DNA of 64,000 bases from Nymphaea colorata (GCF_008831285.2 NC_045138.2:13640001-13704000); one strand, 5' to 3'; positions 38,210 through 53,083 are shown, counted from the stretch's first letter. Translations and numbers: made by a program. Notes: generated by a model not told the origin, from the letters alone.

Positions 38210-41200
38210 GCACGATATGCCTGAACAGGGTAAGACCAACACATCGAGGCATGCCGGGCCAAACTATTTTTTTTTATTTTTTTAAATATAATTTTTTTTC
38301 CATGCTTTGGTGTACGGCCATGGCCCAAGCGGGCCCCACCTCCCTCCACCCCAGTAGCGCAGGGAAGGAGCAAGTGAGTGAGAGACAGCACACAAGAGAG
38401 AGGGTGAGGCCGGCGCTCGCCTGCACTATGGGCCAGAGGGACTGGGAGCGAGCGAGAAATTGGGTGCGAGAGAGAGGGCATGAGAGAGAGGGTGGGGCCA
38501 GCAATGGCCTGCGTTGTGGGCCAGAGTGGCAGGGACTCATGGAGCAAGCGACAGAAAGGACACGAGGCAAGAGAGAGGAAGGGGCCGGCGAAACAGGGTA
38601 GGGCCAACAAATCAAGGCGGGTTGAGCCAAACTAAAAAAATTTTATTATTTAAATATATATCTTTTTTCCAAGCGCTATGGTAGGGCCATGGCACAGGCG
38701 GCCCCCCTCCCTCCGCCCCTGGTGATGCCTCAAGCAATTCCAGATATTAAGTTAGTTGTTTTCTTAGTTAAATAATGTTTTTTTAATAGTTTAAAAATGA
38801 ACCGCCCTTACAACATCAATATTTTGATCGTATAAAGATCAATTTTTTACAAGGATGACCTGGACTAAAACATGATTTATGTTAAATTAGTGTTATAAAC
38901 ATATTATATAGATAATATTTTGTTTAAAACACGTTTTAATATGCTACCCAAAAAGTCGCCCCTGGGATGATACATACTTCAGCCCTTTTTTTTTTTTTTT
39001 TTTTGCTGTGTTAATGAGGTGGGATGGCCTTGAGAATCTAGTGCTATATATATATATATAATTTACAGATTTCTCAATTGAAAATCTTTTATCTATATAG
39101 AATTTACAGATTTCACCAATCTAAGTTTGGACTGAAAATCTTTGGTCCTCAGCACACCACTCGATACAATATACATGTACACTCATTTTCTCTTTTTGAC
39201 TAATATACAAAAAGGCAAGTGTCAAACAAATTAATAGACCATGCTTTAGAAAATTGAAATAATAATAGTGTATCTATTAATTCTTCAACTAACCACTCTC
39301 CCCATTGGCCAGCCCCCAACTTCCAAAAAGAAGCAATCTTGACTTTAAAAATAAAAAATAAAAAAGGAGAGTGGGGATTTGTAATTTCCTCCCAAAAACT
39401 TTGATCTTTTCAATAAAAAAAATTAAACTAAAAAGTAAGTAAATGAGCATCAATGCCTCATTTTGGCCTCCTTAATAGACCATCTAGACTATAAGCTAAC
39501 TTCAATTAGAGCTGCTTTTTTTCTTTTATTTTGCTCAAGTAAACTACACGGTAAACTAAAGTTGCCTAACAACAATTATGTGTGTCAGAATTAAAATATG
39601 AAAAAGAATGCCTTTTTTTTCCGTTTAATTTAGCAAGCCACTACCGATGGAGTCGATGTCTCATTCATATCATCAAGTTGTCGCAGTCAGCCTACAATTA
39701 AAAGTAAAAGACTTTAGAAGAAAAAAAAAGAATAAAAAGGGCAACTCAACACTGTTGAAGAATAGGTAATCTAGACAAACAAGTATTACTCATTGTATAT
39801 TTTCCAACCTACAATTTATTTTTTTGCTATTGAAATGAGAGAGTGTGAAGGACAAAAAATCATAAAGTACTTTCAACAAACAAACATGAGAAAAATGCAC
39901 CACATGGTTTTAAGGTTGGCCTTTAAGTTACCGACAGCTCTAATATGTGTCCGCAATGTAATCACTTTTTATTTGTTACCACGTTTGTTGTCAAATTCCA
40001 ATTCAAATGAAGAGGCTATCATGAGTGGATTTATTTCACGTGTGCTCCCAGATTTTTCTTTTCAAATTTGACATTTTGTGTGCAATTAACCAAAACTTTT
40101 CTGGATTCTTAGGCCAACTACCAAAAATCTCATTCCATCCTCTTAAGTTTATGTATCTAGCTCCTACCAACCGATCATTTGTTTATAGAGATTATAATTA
40201 TTATTATGCATGTAAAAAATCAAAATATAGAAGATGGTGCACCCTAGAAAATCCAATATACTTTCTATTTCTGTTAGGACACTGAATTTCTTCTGTTAGG
40301 TTAACATCTTCAAACCGGTGATTGCTGGTAACAGAGTCACAAGCCTCATACGGTCAAATCGCCATCAATAGTCACATGCATGAGAGCCTTACTTTCATAA
40401 AGATGTTTGCGAAGGAATCACATGTCACACATTTTGGTTATATAACTCGTGATCTATTTGTCTCCAGTGGCGAGAGGCGCCTAAAAAAATCGTACAACTT
40501 CAAAAATGTAGTGGTCAAAGCAAAGGTGTAATGTCATAATCACCCCAAAACAGATCACATGCTTTTGGTCGTTCTTATTCATTCTCTCCTCATCAATGCA
40601 AAAAACAAAGAAAAATGATTCACGTTATTAGTGATGTATGAAAGAATTCTTGTTTGTCAGATAGAATTCAAAATTAAAAAGAAAAAATAAATTAAGTTCA
40701 TACAACACAAATGCTGATTGGAATTAGTTGAAGCAAATCACAATTGCCGAGTATGGATTAAGAGAGGGAGAAAAAAAAGAGTTAACCCAGTTTGTTTTTT
40801 TTTTTATGAGTTGATGATCGACTAGTTGAGATTCAGGCATTTTTAAGGTCAATGTTCAAGCTAGTAGATCTCAACGTCTTCGTCAAGGGTCATTTGGCAA
40901 TAAAGATACATTGTAAATGTCTCATGAATGTGTCTCAACGAATGAATCAGGTTCATGGGATAATTAAACATGAACTTACTCATTCGTTCGGACAGATTCA
41001 CGAGACATTGACAAAGTATTTCTGTTGCCAAACAACCTTTCAAGTTTCAAGATATAACTAATTAAGTCATTTTGATTTATATGTACATTGAACTTTATTT
41101 TTGGCCAGCCAGTACTCCAATACACTTGGATGCAAAAATGAGATAGGACTATCCTGATCAAATATTATTGGTACGGATCGAGATGTTGGCTAGGTTTGAC

Positions 41201-43064
41201 CAGACTGAGTTATGTCGCTGTAGTCATTGCTTGGTTTGACCGAGCAGGCTGGCTAGGAAGGCAAGGACATTAGAAAGTAGCTACACTGTCTGTTTCTTCC
41301 CCTCTTTCTCTATAATTCGCTTATTTATAGGGTGTTTAAAGGGAGTAGTTGTTCATTCATGCTTTTTCTTTAGTGGGTTCCATGAGCTCCCCGAGTATCT
41401 ATGATCATACGTTGAGGTCGCATCATTTCAATCAGACCCCATGTCTTTGAGGTTTAAAAATATGAAAATTTAATTGATTTTGTGAGGATAAGATACCTAC
41501 GTTTCAGTTAAAAGTATATGATTTTAGAACTTGTTGTCTGCGAGGAAATAAAATAAGGTTCCATGAATTGAAAAAACACATTGGTTATGACAAGACAAAT
41601 TTCTGAAATAGGCTGGTGCTCTAAACCATTAATTTTGGTATCAGGATGTTCTTATGATATATTTTCATGAATAAAGATTCGGTGATTTAACAATCACTTG
41701 GCCTGTCAGGCAGTAAAATACATTAATGCTTCTCTAATAGAAAAGAAAGTCGAATGCAATCCATGTTCCAATTCAGAAAATTCTAGAAGAAACGCAGTTT
41801 GTCGCCTTCATGTAAAATTTTTTGGGATGCTACCTTTTATCAAGTAGGATTGTCCACTGAGAACCTGTTCTAGTTTTTCTGGTGGGATATTTTATCTGAA
41901 ATAAGCTATTCAGTGCAACCTGTCTCGGATAAGTTGCCAGTGCATGCAAACACTCTCATCAATCTCGATCCACATCCGGACGTGCAAATGGATGTCAGCG
42001 CACATTAGTCTCGTGTTCTTTTGGAAAAGAAAAATTAGGCTTCTGTCCCCCGATTTGGATTTTATTGTTTGTCTCCTCCGTTGTTGTCCCATGAGTGTGA
42101 TGGCGACGAAAAAGAACAATTTTACCCATCACGCCAGAATGTTCTTTCCGCATTAATACTGAAAGCTCATAACGTTCTTTTTTTTTTTTTTTCTTTCATT
42201 GCAGTCTCCGGAAGTTTCCTCTTCCTCATTAGACTTATCTATATACGGAACCCATATCACTTACGTGTTTGATAAGATAAAAATAACAATTTCTGTTTCA
42301 AGTAACAAAGACAAGAAGTACAGAATTGGTATAAAATTCATGTACGTCCAATATACGAATGTTGGCTATAACTAACCTATTTTTTTAACTTCAATAAGCA
42401 CCAAGATTCAACAAGCTAATATTTTCAAAATCATTTTTGAATATCTAAGTAGAAACCTAGTGGACATTCACCATGTGGTTCCTAAGGATACGTTTTGCCT
42501 TTCTAGTTTTAATTGATTCTTAGGCAAAACGTATCTTTAATAGAGAAAGGATACATTACATTCTGCCTAAGAATTAGTTGAAACTGGAAAGGCAAAACGT
42601 ATCCGTTTCTCTATTAAGGATGGTTTGCAGAGCCATCTGCAATCTTCACTATCAGTTTGGGTCTAAATCAGAGTGAAACCAAACTTATTTAGTCGCCTTT
42701 GGTAGACAAACTTGCAAACCCAAATCCCACCCTTCTAACAATCAGATCATGTTTTGCCTTTTAATGCAAATCCAAAACTCATGAAGGTGATCTTCTGTCT
42801 TAGTTTGGATCCAACGACGCGATCATAGTCCCATGCATCTCCCCCAATTGTTATCCGGTACAATCTTATCTTGAATCTATTTTAAATTATTGATCCAAAC
42901 CTAATAATGCAATACAGATGGATACAGACCCACCGATGTCACAATCAGCATCCACAATTCCTCAAAGTCGCCTGGACCAGCAAGAGGCCTGAGATAAGGA
43001 CAGTCTTCTTCCCCCATCCATGATATTGATCGGCACAGAAAATTTTAGTTTAACTTATATAAAA
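38210..43064. repeat. Right arm of the ~5-kb inverted segmental duplication (partner 20206-25160); contains the GA-rich element (38226-38721) and an inverted module copy (39010-40420)
   Basis: Reverse-complement colinearity with 20206-25160; homology ends just before an A-run near 43065. Confidence 0.93.
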
Positions 43065-46000
43065 ATTAAAAAAAAAAAGCCCCCTGCAACAAAATTTTTT
43101 TTAGTTGTGACCTTGCTTTTACTTTTACTTTTACTTTACCTGGCCTCAGCGCTCCTCCTCCATCCATATTGTGACTTGGTCATTGATCATACTGACTAAT
43201 TTAAGTTGGCATCTGTAACCCGAGTCCTTGCACATTGAGTACTTGCAACACACTATTGAAAATTCCTCCCCGTGACGAGCTACTAAGGTCGCTGATTCAA
43301 GTCCTTGATGAGACAAGTTGATGCGAAGTTGACATAAATGTCACATATACTTTTTCTTTTTCTTAACTGAGTTTGCTCCTTCAAATGAATGTTACGTACT
43401 AGACAAGTAATATCCTAGCTAGACCGATCTAATAACTTAAAAACAAGCAATGGGTTTGCCTGACTTTAATATATTGTGTTCTGAATAAATATCATTTTTT
43501 GTAGACCACGCTTCGGTCTACAGGAAGTATGGACCATTGACCGTCAAAATCTTCTGTGGTATATGGATGACCAGCAAAAGTTTCTACGGCGAATAATATT
43601 ATTGCTAATTATATAGACGTGATCTTAAATTTTTTACTAAATTTACGTCAAATGTGTACATACTTTCTGGATACGTAAGATGAATTCTACACTTTAAAAA
43701 AAATGAAATGACCGTATGTAAATTATTATTTGCTTCCTGAAAAAATCAATTTAACGTGACCGTTGCGTTATTGCTTAAAGAAAACAGTGAACAGCTCTAC
43801 AATACATAACATAACTCTGCAAATGGGCAACTTGCATGCAACCTGTGGACAATTTAGGATTCATAAAATAAATTGTATGCAACACATAACAAGAACAAAA
43901 CCAAACTAATCAGAATCATTTGATCGTTCATATCACCCTTCCATGCCCCCTTATTGTCTTCCTTGCAAACATTATCTAAATTTACAAAAAATTATGTAAA
44001 TCTCCCTGATTTACAGTAAAATCCAGGGCCATCACACGGGCCCTAATGTTGATCTCACCTGAATATACAATCCTCATCTGTAGATTTATCTCTCATCTGA
44101 TCTCATTTATAATTGCATTATAATGAGCTAGCTAAGCGTGCATTGTACAAGATTAGGTGGGAAAAAAAATAAACAAAACTTTGTTTGGTGAGAGATGTGG
44201 ATCCAAGCATGTTTTCCAAATGAAAGTAATCAAACGGACTTTCGTCATCACATTAATTATTTTCTAGTTACGAAGCTTTCCTTTGATGACGACCGATTGT
44301 TGCTATGTGATTGCAGAAGGTCAGTAGTAGTACCTATAGGAATCAAACTGACAACACACCAACAAGAGCAAAAGCGAAGCCAAATTTTTATTTCTATAAA
44401 GCATTAAATACATGGTTAACAAAATTTTCATTGACCATGAACCAATCTGGTGAGGCCGCCCCTGCACCATCTATATGCCAATCGGCATATCTACTTTGGG
44501 CTAAGCAAAAGCAATTAGAAGTTGGATGAAGGGGTAAAATCAGCTGATGGGCACTAGTTAAGAAAATATAATTATAAAAGACAAGGTTCGTGGTTCGGTC
44601 TATTATTTATTTTGGATCAACCGCCTGACCGCTAGCTGTTTGTCGTACCTACGTTGGTCCATTGAAAGGGAAGGAGGGCTCACATGGCTCTCTCCCTTTC
44701 TCTAGGGAAATTACGAGGCGAATGCAGCAGCTTGTTTGTGCCTACACACTTCCTCCTTCAACAGCCAAATTTGAACCAAGGTGGACAAATTTTTGAGTCA
44801 AGGTCAACACTTTATCATCAGTTTTAGAGAGAAGAGTTTTTTTCCACATGGGCTTTTCTTGACTCACCTTCAGGCTCCAACCACAATTTTATTATAAATT
44901 AAGAAGTAAGAACATCTCTCTTCCTCTCTCTCTCTCTACAGATTCGTTCTCTTTTATAATAGTGGTTGTGTTAAATTATAGTAAAGAATAGGACCGGCCA
45001 GTCAATCTAGAATTTAGAAAAAATGCAATCTAAGTAACACTGACACGGCTGGAAGGCCGGCGTAACCATGTGAACACACCTACCTAACCCATTTGTGGAA
45101 TTTTGCATGCTTTCTTCGAAATTTACATTTTTTTAATTTTTTATGTTTTTGAATTTTACATATTTTTATTCGAATTTTTATATATTTCTTGCAAACCTTT
45201 TAAAATGACCCTACCAATACTATATCTTATATGGAAACAAAAAGCATTCACTCTCTCGGCAGACCCTGGTGGTTTGATTTAATATATTCGTGCGTGCCAC
45301 TGTTGTTGGAGAGGTTAGCCTGTCCATTGCTTTCATAAAAACCAATAAATGCACTCATCCTCATAAAACTTCCTCCGTGGTTGGCATTTATGATTTCCAC
45401 TTTCATATACATCTTCTCTGTTGTTCTATTACTTGACAACTGCTGAAGAAATTAATAGCACATGCTGCATCCGAAAATGGGAACGTTTAATTGGCTCTAT
45501 TTAATTCTCACACCAATCTCTCTCAAGCAGCCCACCCACACTACTAAAGGCACAAAACAAAACTTATTTGTGCTTTAAGAAAAAAAAAAATGAAGACAAA
45601 AAGAGTGGGTATTTCTAATTCCTTCCCCAAAAGTTCGGTTTTTTTAACTCTCAACTTTTTAGACTGAAAATAAGTAAGGGGGGTCATTGCCTCAAGTCAC
45701 CTTGTGCTTTATAATAGACCACGAATGTCATAAGCTCCGGCGTGTGCATTTTTCTGGTGGGTGGGCTCAAGTGATGTACACTTGTTCAAAAACTAAAGTT
45801 GCTTGTGCCGACGGTGGTGCTAAAATATAGATAATGGCAGATAGAGTTAGTGGTTGGCTAAAAAGCCTCCACCTGTTCCATCAAAGGCTTCCAGTATCAT
45901 CACTAGGACGCAATTTTGAAGAGAAAATAAATGTTCTTCCTACATAAGTTTGCAGACCACGCTGAACTCAGGCTCGCTTGAGCTTAGACGTAAATTGATT

Positions 46001-48154
46001 CATGTGTAATATTTAATTTCAGATGATGATGAGTAAGTTGTGCTACCAACCGACATTTTCCATCTCAATTGCTTAAGCGTGCGTTCGACCAATGCATCTA
46101 GCTACCTACATCATATTCCTCGTATCATATTAATTAAGTCTCCATTGCATCGATCTTTAGAACATCTGTTCTTAACAATTGAAACTCACAGTAACGTAAT
46201 AAAATGCAGTAATACAGATTTCAGGAACAGGTAAAGAGCTTTATGCTTTTGCTACCCTTTCTTTCGTTAAATGGCTGATTCTATGTTAGTACCACCTTTC
46301 TGTCACTACAAAATGTCTTACTACGGCTGCGTTTGATTGCCGCAGATCTCAGTCTGATTTCAACTGTTATGAAATCAAACCCAACCTACATGTTTAAAAA
46401 CCTAGTCTAGTCCAAAGGTTTCGCTCCCCAGTTTCGAAAATCAGCTTTTTGAGATTTTCATGATGTGATACCATTCCTCTCTTTCGCGCAGTCTCAAAAC
46501 TAGAACTTGGCTGCCCATGAGAATAAAAAAGCATAAAAAAGTAGGAGGAAAAACTTTGTTTAAGTTGAGGATCATTGATCAACATAAGATTATCAACACT
46601 CCCCAAAAGTTTACCCGCAGAATGAGACAAAGCCTTGTTTACCGTTATCACAATTTTAATACAACTTGTGACGTGGACTTCACGCTCCTGACAAGGTGAT
46701 TAATGTATTGATAATGACAAAACTACATAATTTGATAAAATAATTAAAAAAGTCATGTGATATCTCAAATTGGTGAGTAAAAGCATAATGATAATGCTCT
46801 TATTTGTATTCGTCGCCTTGTGATGAGAAAAGAAGTATAGTTTCATTTGTTCAACTCGGAACTTTTCCTACAAGCATGTTGGAACAAGCTTAGTTAAGTT
46901 GGGAAAACAAGGAGTTTGTACTATAAACTCACGAACAACGCTGTAGGTTTAATGTACCCGAATCTACTCCCTGGACAATCAAGCATGTCCTGATCAGTGT
47001 ATCAGACCTTTTTCTTTTCTTTTTTTCCCCGAATGCAGTAGCATTTGTTTTGTGATTTTCAACATTTCGCATGTAAACGAAAATTACATGATCGTCTATT
47101 TCGGAAATATGCCAAATTGTAAAGGAAACTACAAACTGGACTCCTGCAATGCAATGGACATGCTTCTCAGTATACTCGCTTGGTAAAAATTATTGGGTTT
47201 CTTTTGGAAATTTAAATTTTAAATTATTCTGTGGATGGTGATAAAATTTTATCCAAAACAGCACACCCCAAAAATTTTGTGCGAGCAATAAAAAGCCCTC
47301 TTGTGAGCTTATTATACATGTTTGGAAGCAAGCGGAAGTCAACAAGAAATCGTGAATAATGCCACGAATTTCACGATCTTGATGGCGTCGTGGAAGGTGC
47401 CGGTAGTGCATGAGAGAGGGTGGCCGGAGGCCATAAGTTTTGTCGAATACTGAGAGAGGGAGATGGAGGGTCAACTTGAAGGGAATCGCCACAAGTGGAG
47501 AAGAGCACGGCGGTCCAGGACAGGGGTGATCTGTATCACTGTCTTTCTCACCTGCCACTTCCGAGTTAATGCCTCTTCTCTGCTCTGCTCTCCGGTTTCT
47601 TTTGGCCAATGATGGGACTGTATTTATTCGTGATATATGGAAACTTTACCTTTTTTGTGGCGGTAAGAGGACAGAGTCTGGACAATAATCCGTGGCAAGA
47701 AATGTTCACCTCCCACCCTTCTGCCGTTCTCTCTCTCTCTCTTTCTCTGTGAGCTGCTGGCTGATCTTCCACGAAGGTACAGAAAGATGAAAACAGCTTA
47801 ACAAAACCAGGAAAGAAAATCGTGGGGCGACAGTTTTGACCAGACTCTCTCTCTCTCTCTCTCTCGCTGTGTCTCTCTCTTCTCCCATTCTACATCCTAC
47901 ATTTTCATTGAGAATCTATAAATTTGGCATTTAACTGCTTCTTATTTGCGGTCTCTCTCAGTTTTCTGAAGAGCCTGCGGGAAGAATAGAAAGCAAGAAA
48001 TCTGCTTCACATCCCTTAGCTCTCTCTCTCTCTATCTCTCAGGGAGTTATCTGAAACGGACGAACACAAAGCGAGAAATCTCCCTACCAACCCTTTGATC
48101 TCGATCTCCCTGTGTGTAGAACCACCCACCTTTCTGTTCACGAGAAGGGAAAGA

Positions 48155-51100
48155 ATGGAGATTATATCGCCGTGTCATAACCTGGACTTCCATCCTATTT
48201 CCTCCCAAAACTTCCAGCTGCCTTCCGACCTCAGCAGCCCGTCATCCGCTCCAATGAATGCGGAAGGGAGGCCCATGGACGCTGCGGCATTGAAGGTCCA
48301 GAAGGTCTACAGGAGTTATCGGACCAGACGTCAGCTTGCTGACTCCGCTGTCGTCGCCGAAGTGCTATGGTTGGGTTTCTCTTTCCTCATGCCTCCCTTC
48401 TCTTTCAACCTTCTTCACTCGGCTCCCACATCCCCTTTCTTGTCCACTCTTTCATTTCATTTCGTTCGGACATTTTAAACAAGATGTTCAAATTTTCAGG
48501 TGGCAGGCCATCGATTTCGCCCGCCTAAACCACAGCACGATCTCCTTCTTCAATTATTGCAAGCCGGAAGCCCCTGCTGCCAAATGGAGTCGAGTTAGCG
48601 GAAACGCATCGAAGGTCTGGTTTTTTTGGTGCTTTTGCTGCGACTTTTTCGTCCTTTGGTGGTCCTTTTGGGTAGTACCTGAAAATTAGCCGAGATGATC
48701 AGTGCAGCAACTCATTAACCCTGCTCACTGGCTGCCTGAAAAAACTGTTTCATTGGAATATTGATTTCAAAGTTGATTTACTAAACAGTGACTTCGAATT
48801 CAATCTTATTGTTTTTATGCTATGTATCGCTCACGCGCTAGAGAAATTACCAGATTTGATGCTAAATCAATTCCAAAGATTGGCGCCACAGATGTCTCTC
48901 CCTGTTTTCTCTCTCTGTACCTCTCGGGAGTGGTCTATTTGTGTCTAGGAGATTTCTTTCTGATTCTTTTGAGTTTTGACTTGTGTATATTCATTTTCAA
49001 GTTTCAACGCGTATCAATATTAACGTATGGGAGCACAGGGAAGAAATAGTGGTTGTACAACAACCCGACCCACTCCTGTGCTCGGGCTCTTGGTTTGACG
49101 GATCCCAACCCGTTCCCTAGCAATTTCGGTTTCAATTCCAAAAGGCTAGGAATCAGGACAATCACCTCATTAAAGCCTCCCTTTATAAGCCCTTGAAAAT
49201 CCCTCACAATCTTCGATACAGGACTAAGCTCTTGGGGTGTTACAATCCACCCCCCTTAAAGCACACGCGTCCGCGCGTGTGGGACCCCAGGTCCGAGTGT
49301 TGAACCGGTTCTGATACCACTATAACAACCCGACCCACTCCTGGGCTCGGGTCCCTGGTTTGACGGATCCCAACCCGTCCCCTAGCAGTTTCGGTTCCAA
49401 TCCTAAAAGGCTAGAAACCAGGACAATCACCTCATTAAAGCCTCCCTTTATAAGCCCTTGAAGATCCCTCACAATCTTCGATACGGAACTAAACTCTTGG
49501 GGTGTTACAGGTTGTACCTTTTTACTTTGTTTCTTCTTTTCCCTTTCCTTTTGCTTTTTGGGGTTCAACATATTTAAAGGAAAGTTTCCTACAGGTTGGA
49601 AAAGGTCTATCCAAAGATGCCAAAGCTCGGAAATTGGCATTCCAGCATTGGATTGAGGCTGTAAGTCTGTTATGTTTTTTCCCCCTTTTCATATTGTAAT
49701 GATGCAGAGATATAAGCAAATTGCAATTAGAGAATTTAAATTGGTAAGCAATTTTTTATTTTACTCAGGTTGATCCTCGTCATCGTTACGGACATAATTT
49801 GCATTACTATTATGATGAGTGGTGTAAAAATGAATCGGGTGAACCTTTCTTCTACTGGTAAGCACCTGAAATTTCTATAAACTTGGCATTATGGATGACT
49901 TGTGAAAAATATTTCTCTGATCAAGTGCATGTGCTCTGTTACATATACCAGCTGCTATTTTGCACCTACATTGTTTTATTTCTATTACCGCCTGAGCATC
50001 TGAAAGAACTCTTCTTCATTGCTGCTTCATCTTGAACCTTTTTTTGCTTATAATGATTTACTTCAAAATATATACATGTAGATCTACGTCTTGTCAACTT
50101 AGCTCTGGGCACTATTTATTTCTTTTTCATCTATAACGTTGGAGGAGAAGTGGTGTAGGGGCCCAGGGGGGATGTGACAGCAGTAGATTGTTTCTAGTGT
50201 TTTACAGAACGATACAGAACAAGGAAAAAACCTTGTGTTTTGTGTGCATGCTCAGCTTTGCATGCATCAGCAGATGCAGCATATCTCCTTTAGCTCTGCT
50301 GCATGCCATGCTAAGTTATCATTTATGTTGTGAGTGCACCATATTACACTACCACAGTGATGACCCTTAACTTTTTACTCCTGCAGTACATATTTGTTTT
50401 GCTTTTCTTTCTATATCCTTCAGTTTCTTTAGATTTCATTAAGGAAGCAATCAAATATGTCCTGCAAGTAGCAAATGGCACGTGTGATCAATACCCATGA
50501 ATAGTTAAGATTATTTTTCATATACTAATCGCTGTTAACATGTTAAAGGTGCTTTGGAGAGTTCTCTCCTGCGTAACTATTATAAATTTATAAGTAATTT
50601 CAACTCAAAGATGTTATGTGAAAGTTGATGACTTTTTTGGATACTTTATTTATCAATTTTATTTGTTCTTGTGCAGGCTGGACGTAGGAGGAGGTAGAAA
50701 TGTCGATATAAAAGAATGCAGAAGGGCATCACTCAAGAAACAATGTGTCAGATACCTGGGTCCTGTAAGTCTGTGTTCCAATTGTTACATTGGATTGAAG
50801 TACAGATCTAATTTGGGTTCAAGAATTCTAAAATTACTCCAGGAAGGATTGAAACATTAGTAAAATGTGGTTAAAATTTGATTAGTAAAAAACTGTGTGG
50901 TATAGGATATGTTTAAAAAGGAAGGGAGAAATGAGGCTGTATGTTTTTCTGGTATGAGGTGGTTTTTAAGTTCTTGAGTAGATGTTCTTGAAAGTTGAGG
51001 CTTCATAACTGAATGTGATTCCTTACTCTGGAGATTAAATCATGAGCTCTTTGGCTTTAACGAATCAACCTCATGATTCTGTACGTCTGTCATTATCGTT

Positions 51101-53083
51101 TTTTAATCTCAAATTAGTAAATGCTTGCTGTTATTAGGGTCACATTCTTCTGGAGTTTTACGGAATATGGCTGTGAATTTCTGTCAACAGATGATGCTAC
51201 TGTGCTTATTACAGAGTTTCCTGCTACTAACATTTGGCATGGAAACATGAAGTTTGCTACTTTTTTTAAGTTATTGCGTTTCTTAAATTGGCTTACATGT
51301 ACAATCTCTATCTGTGTGCTATCTCAGCGAGAGAGGGAGCTCTATGAATATTCACCCAGGGATGGAAAAATCGTACATGTGAAAAGTGGAGAGCTTCTTG
51401 ACACAACAATAGGTCAAGGTCACCCTCGTGCGAAATGGATCTTTGTCATGTGCACCAATAAGAAGCTCTATGCAGGCGTGGTAAACTACTTTATTTATAT
51501 TCAGATTTAGTTATGAAAATGTCCTGGTGTTCTCGTTCTTCTTGTCACACACTTGACTCTAAAACATTGTAATTTGCTTTGTATTATTGAAGATGCTTTT
51601 TATGTATCTCCCGATATGAGTAAGCCTCGTCTATAGCTAAAAGGGACATTGGTAGCTGAAGGCAGTTGCCTATTGATCTTAATAGTCTGTGTCTCCTTTC
51701 ACACGGATAAATTGTTTTCTTGGATGTAGAAAATCTGAAATTGGCAATCTACTTTAATCTGACCTTTTCTATCCGCTTGTATCTAGAAAATGAAGGGGGA
51801 ATTTCATCACTCCAGCTTTCTTGCTGGTGGTGTCACTCTAGCGGCAGGAAGGTTGGATGCAGAAAATGGTGTGCTCAAGGTACTTACCTGGAAATCTCGA
51901 GAAATGCTTCAACTTCAGTCAATGGTTGTATCGTTGTAAGCTTTTTTAAGAGAGTTGGACTATTTGATGCCAACAACACTATCTTCTCTACGTTTCTTCA
52001 CCCATCAAGATTTTATTGATGGACGTGCTCTGATTTTAGATTTCCTGTAATAACTGATAAGTTTCATGGGTGGTAGATTTTCCACGTTAGCTTTTTAGAG
52101 TTTATCAAATAAACTCGCCACATGCTTGAACATTAGCCTTCGCTTGATGCACTGCACAATGTTTAACTGAGAGATCTTATAACCCCAGGTTTTTCTTGAT
52201 CGGTGGTAAGAGAATCTGTTAGTTGTAATAAACCAGAAGGACTAGGTATCTTCCTACAAATTACGGATAGCTGGGTTAATTTTTTCAACCAATGCATTTT
52301 TTTTGCAGTGCCACACATTTGTATTGTAACTAATGCTGAATATTTGACTTTTGTTTCAGAAAGTGTCGGCTTATAGCGGGCACTATCGTCCCACCAATGA
52401 GAATCTTGATATCTTCTTGGCATTTCTTAGAGAGAATGGTGTGAGCCTGGACGAAGTGGAGGTTTGTATTTCTCTTAAACATTATACTTTTCTTCAAAAT
52501 GTCTAGACATCTGCACACCTGACCTTCTCTTCATATCCAGGTGCGCTCAACGAGCGATGACGAGTGCAATGGGCACAAACCATTGTATGAGGAGGAGCTC
52601 ACCTGCCAAAATGCAGCTGATCAAGAGGCTTGCGGCAACGACACAGAAGACCAATCTTCTGATCTCAAACCTCCTAATAAGAAGGTGGTTGAGCGAATCT
52701 CAGATTTGACTTTAACTGTCGAAAGACAAACAGAGCAAGAAAATATCAAAGGCATCTACGAAAGGACTTTGTCAGGGGGCCTTCGGAGTCCCAAACCAGA
52801 GGTTCCTCCAAAGGCGATATTGCAGAGAATCAATTCCAAGAGCAAGACACAATCATATCAACTTGGGGACCAGCTATCTCTCAAATGGTGCAGCGGTGTC
52901 GGTCCAAGAATTGGATGTGTAGCGGATTATCCGAGGGAGTTGAGGTTCCAGGCTTTGGAGTTCGTGAACCTTTCCCCTCGTGTCTCAAGCCCATCTGCTT
53001 CACGATCTTTCCCTACTTCTCCACTTTCTACACAACCCATTCCGGATTTTCAGTTTCCAGTTTGTGACAGTGGTGCTGCATAA
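48155..53083 (+). CDS. IQM3: IQ-domain-containing calmodulin-binding protein, IQM3-like, about 487 aa; exons 48155-48369, 48500-48614, 49595-49660, 49769-49857, 50677-50764, 51328-51480, 51787-51879, 52360-52461, 52541-53083
   Basis: [76 protein letters not shown] and [19 protein letters not shown]. All introns are GT..AG and in frame. Confidence 0.93.
49056..49509 (-). mobile_element. TRIM (terminal-repeat retrotransposon in miniature) in IQM intron 2
   Basis: 189-bp LTRs at 49056-49244 and 49321-49509 around a 76-bp internal region. On the minus strand there is a PBS tggtatcagaacc (tRNA-iMet-like) and a PPT taaggggggtggat. 5-bp TSD ggttg at 49051-49055 and 49510-49514; empty site in the paralog near 29935. 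Confidence 0.93.
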
